From Pseudomonadota bacterium (GTDB lineage: Bacteria > Pseudomonadota > Gammaproteobacteria > Burkholderiales > Burkholderiaceae_C), in NCBI GenBank assembly GCA_041183605.1, contig JBEGLK010000001.1, positions 1-40,809 on the forward strand: 40,809 bases of DNA. Reading direction: 5' to 3'. The notes under the pieces were generated by a model. That model saw only the letters and a program-made list of their open reading frames with translations. It was not told the DNA's origin and ran no database searches. The translations under genes were made by a program, and so were the position numbers. Positions 9,244-20,061 of this stretch are shown piece after piece (positions within the stretch are counted from its first letter, which is position 1; the number at the start of each line of letters is the position of its first letter).

Positions 9244-10281
9244 TCACTTGGCGGTAACAACTGGATGGCTTGCCAATTCCCGCTCGGCAGGCAAAACGCC
9301 AGAACCATCGTTGAGATGGCAGGCTACGAAATGGTCACCATTCTCCACCAGCTTGAGCGCCGGTGTTTCCGTACGACAACGATCAAACGCACGCGGGCAG
9401 CGTGTGTGGAAGGCGCATCCCGCCGGCACATTGACCGGCGAAGGTACATCCCCCTCCAGCACGATACGCGTCTGCCGCCCACGCAAGCGCGGATCCGGAA
9501 TGGGAGCTGCGGAGATCAAGGCCTGGGTGTACGGGTGACGTGGCGCCGAGAAGATCGTGCGCTTCGGTCCGATCTCCACGATCTTGCCAAGGTACATCAC
9601 GGCAACTCGGTGCGCAATATGCTCAACGACCGCCAAATCATGTGAGATGAAAATGTAGGCAAGTTTGAATTCAGCCTGCAGGTCGACCAACAAGTTGATC
9701 ACCTGCGCCTGCACCGACACGTCAAGCGCTGAAACAGGCTCATCTGCCACGATCACAGCCGGTGACAATGCCAGCGCACGGGCGATGCCAAGCCGCTGTC
9801 TCTGCCCGCCCGAAAATTCGAACGGGAAGCGGCCTTGACCATCGCGGCGCAAACCCACCTTGTCAAACAACTGGGCAACGCGACTTTCAAGCTCTGCTGC
9901 ACCAATTCGCTCATAGTTCTCAATTGGCTCACCAACAATTTTGCCAGCCCGCAAACGCGGATTGATGGATGCAAAGGGATCCTGGAACACCATCTGAACC
10001 TGACGGCGAAACTCGCGCAATTCCCGACCACTGGCATTCGCCATGTCCTTGTCATGGAGTTTGACCGTACCCGAGGTGGGTTCGAGCAAGCGCATGATCA
10101 GCTTGCCGACCGTGGATTTGCCACAACCCGACTCGCCAACCAGACCGAGCGTTTCACCCTGATTAAGAGTGAAACTGACGCCGTCAACCGCTTTGAGCAC
10201 GGTTTGTGCGCCGCCAAAGAGACCGCGCGCAACGACAAAATGTTTCTTGAGGTCCTTGACCTCCAGCAATGGCGCCGTCAT
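9244..10281 (-). CDS. Peptide/nickel-type ABC transporter ATP-binding protein (OppF/DppF-like)
   Basis: GESGCGKS Walker A, FSGGQRQR signature, [10 protein letters not shown]-terminal [12 protein letters not shown] domain. Confidence 0.93.
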   Translation of the reverse strand: MTAPLLEVKDLKKHFVVARGLFGGAQTVLKAVDGVSFTLNQGETLGLVGESGCGKSTVGKLIMRLLEPTSGTVKLHDKDMANASGRELREFRRQVQMVFQDPFASINPRLRAGKIVGEPIENYERIGAAELESRVAQLFDKVGLRRDGQGRFPFEFSGGQRQRLGIARALALSPAVIVADEPVSALDVSVQAQVINLLVDLQAEFKLAYIFISHDLAVVEHIAHRVAVMYLGKIVEIGPKRTIFSAPRHPYTQALISAAPIPDPRLRGRQTRIVLEGDVPSPVNVPAGCAFHTRCPRAFDRCRTETPALKLVENGDHFVACHLNDGSGVLPAERELASHPVVTAK

Positions 10282-11279
10282 ACCACGCTCCCCATAGTCA
10301 AAACACGTTCAGCTTCATGACAGGCCGTAACATGGCGTGTACCAACCGTGCGTAATACCGGCGTCTCGCTTCGGCAACGATCGGTTGCAAAAGAACAGCG
10401 CGGTGCGAAGGCGCAACCAACGATGGGTTCGCGTAAAGACGGCACCAGACCAGGTAATTCGGTCAAGCGTGTGCCGGCGACCGTTTCACCATGACGGGGT
10501 TTCGAGGCCATCAGGCCGCGGGTGTAGGGATGCGCCGGTGCATCAAACAACACCTCGACTGGGGCTTCCTCAACCTTGCGTCCGGCATACATGACAGCGA
10601 CGCGCTCACAGGTTTCAGCGACCACGCCGAGATCGTGGGTAATCAGGACGATGGCGGCACCGGTCTTTTCCTTAAGTTCAACCATCAATTTCAGGATCTG
10701 AGCCTGGATCGTGACATCAAGCGCCGTTGTCGGCTCGTCTGCAAGCAAGAGTTTGGGGCGACAGGCCAGTGCCATGGCGATCATGACACGCTGGCGCATG
10801 CCGCCAGAAAACTGATGCGGATAACTGTCCAGACGACGCTCCGCATCGGGGATCTTGACCAAACGCAACATTTCGGCAGCACGGGCACGCGCTTCGCTGG
10901 CACTGACTTTCTCGTGAATACGGATGGTCTCTGCAATCTGGTACCCGACGGTCAGAACCGGATTGAGTGAAGTCATGGGTTCCTGGAACACCATAGCAAT
11001 GCGACTTCCGCGCATTTCGCGCATGGACTTCTCGTCAAGTTTCAGAAGATCCACACCTTCGAACTCGATGGAGCCGCCCACAACACGTGCGAGTTTTTCC
11101 GGCAGGAGCCGTAATACTGACAGCGCGGTCACGCTCTTGCCGCAGCCGGATTCGCCGACTACGCCCAGTGTTTCACCCGGCATGACCGAGAGTGAAACGC
11201 CATCAACGGCACGGGTCACCCCGTCTTGTGTAAAAAAATGCGTCTGAAGATCGCGAATATCTAAAAGTGGCGTGGTCAT
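10278..11279 (-). CDS. Peptide/nickel-type ABC transporter ATP-binding protein (OppD/DppD-like)
   Basis: [25 protein letters not shown] and the C-terminal Cys domain. Confidence 0.93.
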   Translation of the reverse strand: MTTPLLDIRDLQTHFFTQDGVTRAVDGVSLSVMPGETLGVVGESGCGKSVTALSVLRLLPEKLARVVGGSIEFEGVDLLKLDEKSMREMRGSRIAMVFQEPMTSLNPVLTVGYQIAETIRIHEKVSASEARARAAEMLRLVKIPDAERRLDSYPHQFSGGMRQRVMIAMALACRPKLLLADEPTTALDVTIQAQILKLMVELKEKTGAAIVLITHDLGVVAETCERVAVMYAGRKVEEAPVEVLFDAPAHPYTRGLMASKPRHGETVAGTRLTELPGLVPSLREPIVGCAFAPRCSFATDRCRSETPVLRTVGTRHVTACHEAERVLTMGSVV

Positions 11280-11282
11280 GTG

Positions 11283-12155
11283 TTACATCCTGCGCGCAAG
11301 GCGCGGGTCAAGACGGTCGCGCAGACCGTCTCCAATAAGGTTCACCGCTAGTACGGTGAGAGCGAGGGCAATGCCGGGGGCAAAAATCGTCAGCGGCGCG
11401 CGGCTCAAATAGAGCCGGCTCTCTGCGATCATATTGCCCCAGCTCGGAATTTCCGGTGGTGAACCTGCACCGAGAAAGGAAAGACCAGCCTCGATCAGGA
11501 TCGCCGACGCACAAATGTAGGAAGCTTGGACGATTAATGGCGCCACCGTCGATGGGAGGATATGCCGGATGATGATTCTGAAAGTGCTGGCACCCCCGGC
11601 AATAGCAGCCTCGACATAAGGCAGTTCGCGTACCGTGAGAACGACAGAACGCACCAGACGAACAACACGCGGCACCTCAGGCACGGTGATCGCGAGAATC
11701 ACGGTCGCAACGCTGGCACGCCCCAGAGATACGAGGGCAATGGCAAGCAACATGGTCGGAATCGCCATGAGCCCATCCATCACGCGCATGATTGCGGCAT
11801 CGGCACTCCGGATATAACCCGCGATCAGGCCGAGTGTGAGGCCCACCAGCACAGAAAAACCTGCCACGGCAAAACCGACATTCAGAGACACGCGGGAGCC
11901 AAAGATGGTACGAGCGAAAACATCGCGACCGAAAGAGTCGGAACCCCAGCGATAACTTTCTCCGGGCGGCAGGAGCCGGTCAGCTGGTGCCATGTTGATC
12001 GGATCACCAGCCAGCCATGGCGCAAAAATTGCCATGATGAGGACCAGACCAAGAAGCAAAATACCGATGACAAGCGTCGGATTGCGTCGCACGAAGCGCA
12101 GCATGCCCCGGCTGCGAACTGGAGTGGGGGGAGCAGCAGTCAAGTTGGTATCCAT
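11283..12155 (-). CDS. ABC transporter permease (DppC/OppC-like)
   Basis: GSDSFGRD, YVEAAIAGGA EAA loop, SFLG..PSWG and NLIGDGLRD motifs. Confidence 0.92.
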   Translation of the reverse strand: MDTNLTAAPPTPVRSRGMLRFVRRNPTLVIGILLLGLVLIMAIFAPWLAGDPINMAPADRLLPPGESYRWGSDSFGRDVFARTIFGSRVSLNVGFAVAGFSVLVGLTLGLIAGYIRSADAAIMRVMDGLMAIPTMLLAIALVSLGRASVATVILAITVPEVPRVVRLVRSVVLTVRELPYVEAAIAGGASTFRIIIRHILPSTVAPLIVQASYICASAILIEAGLSFLGAGSPPEIPSWGNMIAESRLYLSRAPLTIFAPGIALALTVLAVNLIGDGLRDRLDPRLARRM

Positions 12156-13096
12156 TAGTAGCGCACCCTGGGATCGATCAATGTGTAGCTGAGGTCAATC
12201 AGCAGGTTGACAAGCACGTACACGGCCGACAGCAGCAGGGTCACACCCTGAATGACCGGATAGTCGCGTTTCTGAATGGCATCAACGACGAGTCGGCCGA
12301 CGCCCGGAATGTTGAAAACCGTTTCAGTGATGATGGCACCACCAATCAGCAAGGCAACACCAATACCGATCGTCGTCACAATCGGTACGCCAGCATTCTT
12401 CAGTGCGTGCCGAAACAACACTTGGCGAGGTGCAACACCTTTAGCCTTGGCAGTTCGAATGTAGTCCTCCGACAGAACATCAAGCACGGCGGTTCGTGTC
12501 ATGCGACTGATCAAGGCAATATAGGCAAAGCCAAGCGTGATAGAGGGCAGGATCAAGCGCTGCAACCAGGGCCAGAAGCCATCGGAAAAGTGCGCATAAC
12601 CCTGCACCGGCAACCATTTCAGGTTGACGGCAAAAACATAAATCAGCAAATAACCAATCACAAAACCCGGCACCGAGAATCCAAGCACGGACAGCGCCAT
12701 GACGCAGCGATCCACAAGGCTGCCCGCCTTGGCTGCGGCGGTAATGCCTGCAATCACTGCCAGAGGCACCGCCACCAGCAGCGTGACAATGGTCAGCGAA
12801 ATGGTTGGCTCAAGACGCTCTGCAATCAGCGAGAGCACCGGCGCACGGGAAAAAATAGAGATGCCGAGGTCACCCCCGAGCACAGCAACAATCCAACGCA
12901 CAAACTGCGCCGGCAGAGGGTCGTCAAGCCCCATACTTTTTCGAAGAATGTCAATCTGCTCCTGCGAAGCGCTGTCGCCCGCCAGAATTGCGATTGGATC
13001 GCCCGGCACAAGCCGCAGCATGAGGAAGACGGTAAGAGCCACAATCGCCATGACGATGGTGATCGAAGCTATCCGGCGTGCAATGAAATTAAGCAA
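12155..13096 (-). CDS. ABC transporter permease (DppB/OppB-like)
   Basis: PGDP, GDLG, DYIRTAKAKG and DPRVRY motifs; start moved to TTG (MLNFIARR), downstream of the intergenic hairpin. Confidence 0.9.
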   Translation of the reverse strand: MLNFIARRIASITIVMAIVALTVFLMLRLVPGDPIAILAGDSASQEQIDILRKSMGLDDPLPAQFVRWIVAVLGGDLGISIFSRAPVLSLIAERLEPTISLTIVTLLVAVPLAVIAGITAAAKAGSLVDRCVMALSVLGFSVPGFVIGYLLIYVFAVNLKWLPVQGYAHFSDGFWPWLQRLILPSITLGFAYIALISRMTRTAVLDVLSEDYIRTAKAKGVAPRQVLFRHALKNAGVPIVTTIGIGVALLIGGAIITETVFNIPGVGRLVVDAIQKRDYPVIQGVTLLLSAVYVLVNLLIDLSYTLIDPRVRY

Positions 13097-13117
13097 GATG
13101 TGAGACTTGTAAAAGTT

Positions 13118-13142
13118 ATCCGGCCGCCAAAGGCGGCCGGAT
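13118..13142. other. Hairpin between binding-protein and permease genes
   Basis: ATCCGGCCGCC-AAA-GGCGGCCGGAT, a perfect 11-bp stem without a U-tract. Confidence 0.7.
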
Positions 13143-13168
13143 GGGTTCATTCAGGAATACAGGTCGAA

Positions 13169-14782
13169 TCAGGCGGTCTTCTCGACGTTCCAGAACGGAA
13201 TGATCTCAGGCATGGACAACCAGCCCTTGACGTTCTTGCGATAAGCCACAGGTTGCAGCCAACGCCCGTAAGTCACAAACGGGATCCATTCCCAAGCCGC
13301 TGCCTGCATCTTCTTGGCAATGGCCTTGCGCTCAGCGAGCGTGGGTGCGGCCGCCCAGGCAGCACGCAGCTTCTCGTGCTCCGGATTGGTCGGCCAGCCG
13401 AAGCCACCCTTATCGCCGTTGGCTGCATGACCCCAGTAGAAGAACGGATTGGCACCCATCTGGTAACCCGAGGTGAACGTGCTCAACAGACTCCAACCAC
13501 CCTTGTCCGGAGCATCCTTCTTGCCGCGACGGGTAGCGATCACCCCCCAGTCGGAGACGTCAACCTGGACATTGAGACCTGCCTGGCGCAGCCACTGTGC
13601 GATCAGCGGCGTGGTCACACCGATGGGTCGCAGATCGGTAGGTTGCTGCATGTAGATCGTGCGGCCGTCATAACCAGCTTCCTTGAAGAGCTGGGCTGCC
13701 TTGGCGATATCCTGTCCTTTTCCGCCTTTGAACCAGCCCGTGTTCTCGTCGTTTTCCATCGGCATGCCGCAGCCAAAGTAAGCTCCGCAGGGGCTGTAGA
13801 ACTTCGGATTGCCAACAAAGGCCTTCAACATGTCCACCGGATTCATGATGTACTTCAGCGCCTGGCGTGCCTTCACATTGTCAAAGGGAGGATGCAGGTG
13901 GTTGGGGCGCAGGTTACCAACCCAACCCGACTTGTTGAGCACGTCAACGACGATGTTGGGATCCGTCTCAAGATTCTGGATCAGGTCAACAGGAGGTGCC
14001 TCAAAGAAGTCAATTTCACCGTTTTGCAGCGCAGCCATAGCGGTCTGCGGGTCTTGCATGTTTTGCCAGATGATGCGGTCAACCTTGGCCACCTTGCCAC
14101 CAGCGGTGCCCGATGCTGGCTCCTTGCGCGGCACGTAGTTGGGGTTACGATCATAGACGTAAGTCGCGCCGTTGCGGGTGAGCTCACGATTGAAGATAAA
14201 CGGACCGGAACCGATGTACTCAGTGATGGCTTTGTTGGGATCGGTGTCCGCCTCTTTCTTGCGCATGATGAAGAGGCACGAGGTGGTGGCCTTCGACATG
14301 AAGTCAATCGTTAGACCGAAGGGCTCGCTGAGCACAATCTGGAAAATCTTGTCGCTCTTGATGGGGGTATCTGTGACGCGCGTGAAGAGATCCTTGCCGG
14401 ATGCATCCCTGCCACCCCAGCGGCGGATCGAAGCCACACAGTCGGCTGATGTCACCGGTGAACCATCAGAGAATTTCAGACCATCGCGCAATTCGAAGGT
14501 GTAGGTCTTCTTGTCTTTCGACAACTCCCACTTCTTGAGCATCTGCGGCTGCGGATTGAAATTGGCATCCAACCCAAACAGCGTGTCGTAAATGGCATGG
14601 CTGTGGTACGAGGTCGTCAGCGAAGTCGACAGCACCGGGTCGAATGAGTTCAAATCCTGCATCATGGCCACACGCAAGGTCCGGCGATCGGACGGTGTTT
14701 GGCTCTGCACGATGGCCGGTGTCACAGCCAGTGCTGTCGCACCTGCTCCAGCCTGCATAAATTGACGGCGTGTCGTTGTCAT
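13169..14782 (-). CDS. ABC transporter substrate-binding protein, family 5, Tat-exported
   Basis: TRRQFM twin-arginine signal, IYDTLF, YTFELRDGLKFSDG and IGSGPF motifs; GGAG RBS. Confidence 0.93.
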   Translation of the reverse strand: MTTTRRQFMQAGAGATALAVTPAIVQSQTPSDRRTLRVAMMQDLNSFDPVLSTSLTTSYHSHAIYDTLFGLDANFNPQPQMLKKWELSKDKKTYTFELRDGLKFSDGSPVTSADCVASIRRWGGRDASGKDLFTRVTDTPIKSDKIFQIVLSEPFGLTIDFMSKATTSCLFIMRKKEADTDPNKAITEYIGSGPFIFNRELTRNGATYVYDRNPNYVPRKEPASGTAGGKVAKVDRIIWQNMQDPQTAMAALQNGEIDFFEAPPVDLIQNLETDPNIVVDVLNKSGWVGNLRPNHLHPPFDNVKARQALKYIMNPVDMLKAFVGNPKFYSPCGAYFGCGMPMENDENTGWFKGGKGQDIAKAAQLFKEAGYDGRTIYMQQPTDLRPIGVTTPLIAQWLRQAGLNVQVDVSDWGVIATRRGKKDAPDKGGWSLLSTFTSGYQMGANPFFYWGHAANGDKGGFGWPTNPEHEKLRAAWAAAPTLAERKAIAKKMQAAAWEWIPFVTYGRWLQPVAYRKNVKGWLSMPEIIPFWNVEKTA

Positions 14783-14830
14783 ATTGTCTCCATATAGTTA
14801 AAGGCCACTTCCAGAAAAATAAAAATGACT

Positions 14831-14889
14831 TATATCCGAACCAGTGATCGAATATAGGAACACTTTACCAAAAAATTGCTGTCTGTCAA
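14831..14889 (-). promoter_or_regulatory. Putative sigma70 promoter and palindromic operator for the ABC operon
   Basis: Minus strand TTGACA(14889-14884)-N16-TAAAGT(14867-14862) with a TG extension; palindrome TATATCCGA-N8-TCGAATATA at 14831-14856 lies over the expected start site. Confidence 0.6.
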
Positions 14890-14986
14890 TCGGGTTTTCC
14901 CCCGCTTTTTAGAAAATTTAAGCTGTTTTTTTCATACCAACAACATGTGGCAAACATGTCAGCACAAAGCCAAGATAAAACGCTGC

Positions 14987-15892
14987 TCATGTCCGTGCTT
15001 TCGTCAGCACAAATATGCCGGTAATGACGAGCGCCGTGCCCACCGCAATCCAGGCAGTAAACGGTTCATCGAGTAGCCAAACTGCCATCAGGATCGTCGA
15101 CAACGGTCCAACCATGCCAATCTGCGCCGTGAGTGCGGGGCCTATGCGTTCAATTGCCATCATCACAAGTAACACCGGCATGGCAAAAGCCAGCAGCGCG
15201 TTCAGCAAGGAAAGCCACAACACCTGCGGCACCACGGACAGGGCAACATCCATCGGCCGCACGATGAGAAATTGTGCAATGCAGCACAAGCAGGCGACCG
15301 AGGTGGCCAAGCCCGCAAGCCTCAGGGACCCCAGACGTTGCACCAATTTATCGCTGAAGACAAAGTACATGGCGTAAGTCACGCTGCTGCCAAAGACCAG
15401 CAATGCGCCCAACGGAACGTTGCCCCCGACCAGATGAACCTCCTGCCCCAGCACCATCAGGACCCCACAGTAACTCACCACCATACCCAACACTTGGCGC
15501 ATATTCCAGGGCTTGCGGTGCAACACGATGCCAAGCAGCATGACGATGGTCGGCACCAGATAAAGGATCAAACGCTCAAGCGAGCTGGTGATGTACTGGA
15601 GTCCCAAAAAATCGAAAACACTGGAGAGGTAGTAACCACTGACACCGATGGCAACCACCCCCTGCCAGTCACGCCGCGTCAAAGATGCCTTGCCCCGGCC
15701 AGCCCACCAGGCCATGATCAGAAATATTGGCAGCGCAATCACCATGCGCAACATGATCAGGGTAATGGCATCAACGCCATGACGATAGGCAAGCTTCACA
15801 ATGATCGCCTTGGTGCTGAAGGCGATCGCGCCCGCTGCTGCCAAGGTAAACCCCAGCAACAATGGTGTTGAAGGTTTCAAGCGCTCATGCAT
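14987..15892 (-). CDS. DMT/EamA-family transporter
   Basis: [17 protein letters not shown]...LERLILY motifs and about 10 TM segments; start taken at MHERLK, overlapping the ALDH stop. Confidence 0.85.
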   Translation of the reverse strand: MHERLKPSTPLLLGFTLAAAGAIAFSTKAIIVKLAYRHGVDAITLIMLRMVIALPIFLIMAWWAGRGKASLTRRDWQGVVAIGVSGYYLSSVFDFLGLQYITSSLERLILYLVPTIVMLLGIVLHRKPWNMRQVLGMVVSYCGVLMVLGQEVHLVGGNVPLGALLVFGSSVTYAMYFVFSDKLVQRLGSLRLAGLATSVACLCCIAQFLIVRPMDVALSVVPQVLWLSLLNALLAFAMPVLLVMMAIERIGPALTAQIGMVGPLSTILMAVWLLDEPFTAWIAVGTALVITGIFVLTKART

Positions 15893-17324
15893 TTGTGACG
15901 GCGACGGAACGGGCATTCAAGTAACACTCAAGCGCTTCCGGACCGCCCTCCGATCCATAACCAGAATCCTTGATGCCGCCAAAAGGCATCTCTGCCGAGG
16001 GCATGGCCGGCATATTGATCCACAACATGCCAACCTCAACCCGCCGCGTAAGCAGGTCAGCAGTCTTCAATGAGCGCGTGAAGGCATAACCCGCAAGACC
16101 AAAGGCAAGACGGTTGGCCTCATGAAATGCATCGTCCAGCGACTTGAAACTGCGGATGGCAGCGACCGGACCAAAGGGTTCGTCATTAAAGATCTTGGCA
16201 TCCAATGGCACATCCGCCAGGATCGTGGGCTGCCAGAAGTTCCCGACTTCACCCAGACGTTGTCCACCATGCACCAAGGTGGCTCCCTTGTTAACGGCAT
16301 CCTGAGTTAACTCAGCCATAGCGGTCAAGCGGCGTGGGTTGGCCAGCGGCCCCATCTGCGTACCCTCAGCCAGGCCATCCCCCACTTTCAACGACTGTGC
16401 ATGGGCAGCAAGTGCACTTACAAATTCATGACACGCACTCTCGTGCACCAAAAACCGCGTCGGTGAAATACAAACCTGACCTGCATTGCGAAACTTGGCA
16501 GCGCCGGCGCACCTCACAGCGAGTGCAATATCCGCATCCTCGCACACGATGACAGGCGCATGCCCGCCGAGTTCCATGGACACCCTTTTCATGTGCTGAC
16601 CGGCAAGGGCGGCGAGCTGCTTGCCCACCGGCGTCGATCCAGTGAACGTGATCTTGCGGATGATCGGATGCTGAATCAGGTAGCTGGAAATTTCAGCGGG
16701 GTTGCCATACACAAGATTGAGTACGCCAGGTGGCAGCCCGGCGTCCTGGAAGGCCTTGATCAGCGCCGCCGGAGCCGCGGGGGTTTCCTCTGCTGCCTTG
16801 ACGATCATGGAGCAACCAGCAGCAAGCGCAGGCGCGAGCTTTCGGACAACCTGATTGATCGGGAAGTTCCATGGCGTAAAGGCAGCGACTGGTCCAACCG
16901 GATCCCGAATCACCATCTGGCGAATCGCCAGACTGGAGCGAGATGGAACAATGCGGCCATAAATCCTGTAGCCCTCCTCAGCGAACCACTCAATGATGTC
17001 GGGCGCAGCAAGCACCTCAGCTTTGGCTTCCATCAACGGTTTGCCCTGCTCTTGCGTGAGCAGTGTCGCAATATTGTCAGCCCGCTCGCGTATCAAGGCG
17101 GCAGCCCGACGCATGATCTTGCTGCGCTCCATAGGCGTCATATCACGCCAGGTCTCAAAGCCTTTCTGTGCGGACTCGAGCGCACGGTCAAGGTCTGTCT
17201 GGGCGGCGTAAGCGACACGCCCAATCTCCTGGCCGCTGGCCGGGTTGAACACGGGCAAGGTGCGTTCGTCCACCGCATCACGCCATTCGCCGTGAATAAA
17301 TAGCTGGGTATTTGGATACGACAT
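15885..17324 (-). CDS. NAD(P)-dependent semialdehyde dehydrogenase (succinate/2-ketoglutarate semialdehyde dehydrogenase type)
   Basis: [22 protein letters not shown] (Glu), NAGQVCIS (Cys) and EPFGP motifs; closely resembles the AraE-type KGSA dehydrogenase as I recall it. Start at MSYPNT. Confidence 0.88.
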   Translation of the reverse strand: MSYPNTQLFIHGEWRDAVDERTLPVFNPASGQEIGRVAYAAQTDLDRALESAQKGFETWRDMTPMERSKIMRRAAALIRERADNIATLLTQEQGKPLMEAKAEVLAAPDIIEWFAEEGYRIYGRIVPSRSSLAIRQMVIRDPVGPVAAFTPWNFPINQVVRKLAPALAAGCSMIVKAAEETPAAPAALIKAFQDAGLPPGVLNLVYGNPAEISSYLIQHPIIRKITFTGSTPVGKQLAALAGQHMKRVSMELGGHAPVIVCEDADIALAVRCAGAAKFRNAGQVCISPTRFLVHESACHEFVSALAAHAQSLKVGDGLAEGTQMGPLANPRRLTAMAELTQDAVNKGATLVHGGQRLGEVGNFWQPTILADVPLDAKIFNDEPFGPVAAIRSFKSLDDAFHEANRLAFGLAGYAFTRSLKTADLLTRRVEVGMLWINMPAMPSAEMPFGGIKDSGYGSEGGPEALECYLNARSVAVTNA

Positions 17325-17335
17325 CTTGAGGCTGT

Positions 17336-17866
17336 TCAATGCGTGATATTGAGTGCAACCAGGAATCGCGACACCATGTTGTACGCAGCCACCGTCGCCA
17401 CGATCTCGACCGTGCCACGTGCGTCAAATCTCTGGCGCACACGATCCATCAAGCCGTCAGGGACTTCGATATCACGCGTCATCCGGTCGGTAAGTTCAAG
17501 CACAAGTTGCTCATCAGGCGCAAAAATGTCCTTGCTGGATGGCCAGTTTCGCACCGCATTGATCTTTTCTTCTGACACACCGGCAAGCCGGGCGTGTGGC
17601 GCGTGCGCATCAAATTCGAACGCTGCGCGGTTGAGCACCGCAACCCGAAGAATCACCAACTCACGCAGGTCTGCCGGGACCAAGGTGCGATTACGCACCG
17701 CCGTCAGCATCTTTTCCCAGCCTGATGCAATGGAGGGGCTGTTCAGCAAGGCTTGGTAGAGCACAACAATTTCGCCACCACGCTCAGCCCGGATGGATGC
17801 TTCCACTTCGGCAAGTTCGGGGCGGGTGCCAGGTTCCACCAAGGGAACACGAATGGATCGGGTCAT
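17336..17866 (-). CDS. Carboxymuconolactone decarboxylase/AhpD-like family protein
   Basis: [22 protein letters not shown]...[11 protein letters not shown] and [10 protein letters not shown] motifs; no CxxC; AGGA RBS before MTRSIR. Confidence 0.8.
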   Translation of the reverse strand: MTRSIRVPLVEPGTRPELAEVEASIRAERGGEIVVLYQALLNSPSIASGWEKMLTAVRNRTLVPADLRELVILRVAVLNRAAFEFDAHAPHARLAGVSEEKINAVRNWPSSKDIFAPDEQLVLELTDRMTRDIEVPDGLMDRVRQRFDARGTVEIVATVAAYNMVSRFLVALNITH

Positions 17867-17925
17867 AAAAATATTCCTGAAAAGTTGATTGGTTAAACAT
17901 GTGAGATCCAGCAAAAAAGCATGGA

Positions 17926-18933
17926 TCATTCGATCTGTATGTTCGCATCCTTGATGACCTTGGCCCAGCGCCCAATCTCAGTCTGAATCAAAGTTGCGAA
18001 CGCTGCCGGTGTGCTTGGCCGAGGAGTTGCACCCTCACGCGCAAGCAAGTCACGCATGTCGGGTTGCGCCAATACAGCGTTCAGCTCGGTATTGAGTCGC
18101 TGGACCACCGCCGGGGGCATATTCGCAGGACCCAGCATGCCCCACCAGATTTCGCACTCCATGGTCGGCAGTCCCGCCTCGGCCATGGTCGGAAGTTCGG
18201 GCGCAAGCGGTGAACGCTGGGGACTGGTCACCGCAAGACCGCGCATCTTGCCTGCGCGAATGAATTCCGACGCTGCGGAAAGACTTGGCAAGTGCAACTG
18301 AACCGTACCAGCCATGAGGTCGGTGAATGCAGGCCCGGCACCCCGGTATGGCACATGCACCAACTGCACTTTCGCGACAGAGGCAAACAGTTCTGCAGCA
18401 AGGTGATTCATGGCTCCTATGCCCACCGATGCAAAATTGACAGTCTTTGGATTTTCGCGGGCAAGAACAATCAGATCACGTAGCGTCGTGACCTTCATGT
18501 CGTTGGAGACAACCACCACAAGGGCGCCCGCCCCTACCAGCCCGATAGGCTGTAGGTCCCTGACAGTGTCAAAGGGCTGCTTCTTTGCGCTGGCTGCGTT
18601 CGTGGTGATTGAGGTGGACGTGAACAGCAAGGTGTAGCCATCGGCTCCCGACTTGGCCACAAAATCGGTACCAATGGTGCCACCTGCACCGCTCTTGTTC
18701 TCAACGATTACGTTCTGTCCGAGTCGTGCCGAAAGTTTGGCCGCCACGGCACGACCAATAATGTCGTTACCACCGCCAGGCGGAAAAGGAACAACCAGTC
18801 TGATGGGACGACTTGGCCACCCCACTTGCGCACTCCCATGCGAAGGCAGCAGGACCGCAGCTCCAGCAGCGACCAAAGTGCGCCGAGTCAAGCGCTTCGG
18901 GAAGTCTGATTGCTTCACTTTCAACGCGTCCAT
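17926..18933 (-). CDS. Tripartite tricarboxylate transporter receptor (Bug/TctC family)
   Basis: WPSRPIRLVVPFPPGGGND, VENKSGAGG and HVPYRG motifs; TRR-containing signal. Confidence 0.92.
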   Translation of the reverse strand: MDALKVKQSDFPKRLTRRTLVAAGAAVLLPSHGSAQVGWPSRPIRLVVPFPPGGGNDIIGRAVAAKLSARLGQNVIVENKSGAGGTIGTDFVAKSGADGYTLLFTSTSITTNAASAKKQPFDTVRDLQPIGLVGAGALVVVVSNDMKVTTLRDLIVLARENPKTVNFASVGIGAMNHLAAELFASVAKVQLVHVPYRGAGPAFTDLMAGTVQLHLPSLSAASEFIRAGKMRGLAVTSPQRSPLAPELPTMAEAGLPTMECEIWWGMLGPANMPPAVVQRLNTELNAVLAQPDMRDLLAREGATPRPSTPAAFATLIQTEIGRWAKVIKDANIQIE

Positions 18934-18975
18934 TTCAGAGTCCTCTCAGATGGCACCAGGCAAACCTGCCCTCGT

Positions 18976-20031
18976 TCAGCGTGCAAGCACCAGTCGGCCC
19001 TGCACTTTGCCGGCGCGAAGGCGGCTGAGCGCATCATTGACATTGTCGAAAGCAACCGTTTCGACGGGCAGCGGCTTGATCTTGCCTGCCTTGACCAGTG
19101 CTATCAGCTCCTTGAGCTCAGTCAGATTGCCCACGTACGAGCCACGGATGGTGATGGCGCGCAGAACGATCGGTGGCAATGAGAGCGTGATATCCCCGCC
19201 AAAAAGCCCAACAACAATATAGGCGCCACCCTTGCGTATGGCAGCGATGGCAAAGTCCGCGGTTGCCTTGGCTCCCACAAAATCCACCGCTGCAGCAGCG
19301 CCACCAGCCTCCGCCAGCAGTTTGGTCGATGCTTCAACTTCGCGCGGATCAAGGGCAAGTCTGGCCCCATTTGCCAAGGCGAGTTCGCGCTTGGCCGGAT
19401 CGATGTCAGCGACTGCAATGTTGCGGAATCCAAGGCCAAGTGCGATCTGCAGACCGCTCAGTCCGACACCACCGAGACCCATGACAAGCAAAAGGTCCTT
19501 GTCCTTGTTGATATCCACCTTGCGTAGTGCGCTGTAGGCGGTGAGCCCGGAGCAAGCATAGGTGGCCGCCAGCGTTGGCTCAATGCCGGTGACATCAACG
19601 AGATATTTGGGATGCGGCACGACACACTTTTCAGCATAACCACCGGCTCGAAAAACACCAATGGATGAAGGTTGTGGACAAAGATTTTCCTCACCTCTCA
19701 AGCAGATATCACACTTGCCGCAGCCCAGCCAGGGGTAGACCAGAAAGGTCTTGCCAAGCTCGCCGTCAGCAATCGGAGCTTCAGGCCCTTTGGCAACCAG
19801 ACGACCCAGAACCTCGTGGCCCATCACCACCGGAGTCGAGACACCGCGATCCTTGAGATTCAGGCGTTTTCCTCCACCCAGGTCGTAGTAACCGTCCTGG
19901 ATATGGATGTCCGAATGGCAGACACCACAACGCGTGACATTGACAACCACTTCTGTGCCTTTGGGTTGCGGTTCGGCGTATTCAACCGGAACGACCGGCT
20001 CGCAAAAGCAATTAACGGCATAAGCTCGCAT
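18976..20031 (-). CDS. Zinc-dependent alcohol dehydrogenase, ChnD (6-hydroxyhexanoate dehydrogenase)-like
   Basis: PQPKGTEV, CHSD, GYYDLGGGKRL, PWLGCGKCDIC..GEENLC, VPHPKYLVD and GSYVG, all recalled as shared with Acinetobacter ChnD. Confidence 0.85.
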   Translation of the reverse strand: MRAYAVNCFCEPVVPVEYAEPQPKGTEVVVNVTRCGVCHSDIHIQDGYYDLGGGKRLNLKDRGVSTPVVMGHEVLGRLVAKGPEAPIADGELGKTFLVYPWLGCGKCDICLRGEENLCPQPSSIGVFRAGGYAEKCVVPHPKYLVDVTGIEPTLAATYACSGLTAYSALRKVDINKDKDLLLVMGLGGVGLSGLQIALGLGFRNIAVADIDPAKRELALANGARLALDPREVEASTKLLAEAGGAAAAVDFVGAKATADFAIAAIRKGGAYIVVGLFGGDITLSLPPIVLRAITIRGSYVGNLTELKELIALVKAGKIKPLPVETVAFDNVNDALSRLRAGKVQGRLVLAR

Positions 20032-20061
20032 TTCTTCCTCTTTTCTCTTGTTGATCAGGTA

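Noticed and set aside
12407-14314. 635-aa + strand ORF
   Set aside because: Antisense shadow of the ABC binding-protein and permease genes; no recognisable motifs; expected from GC-rich codon bias.
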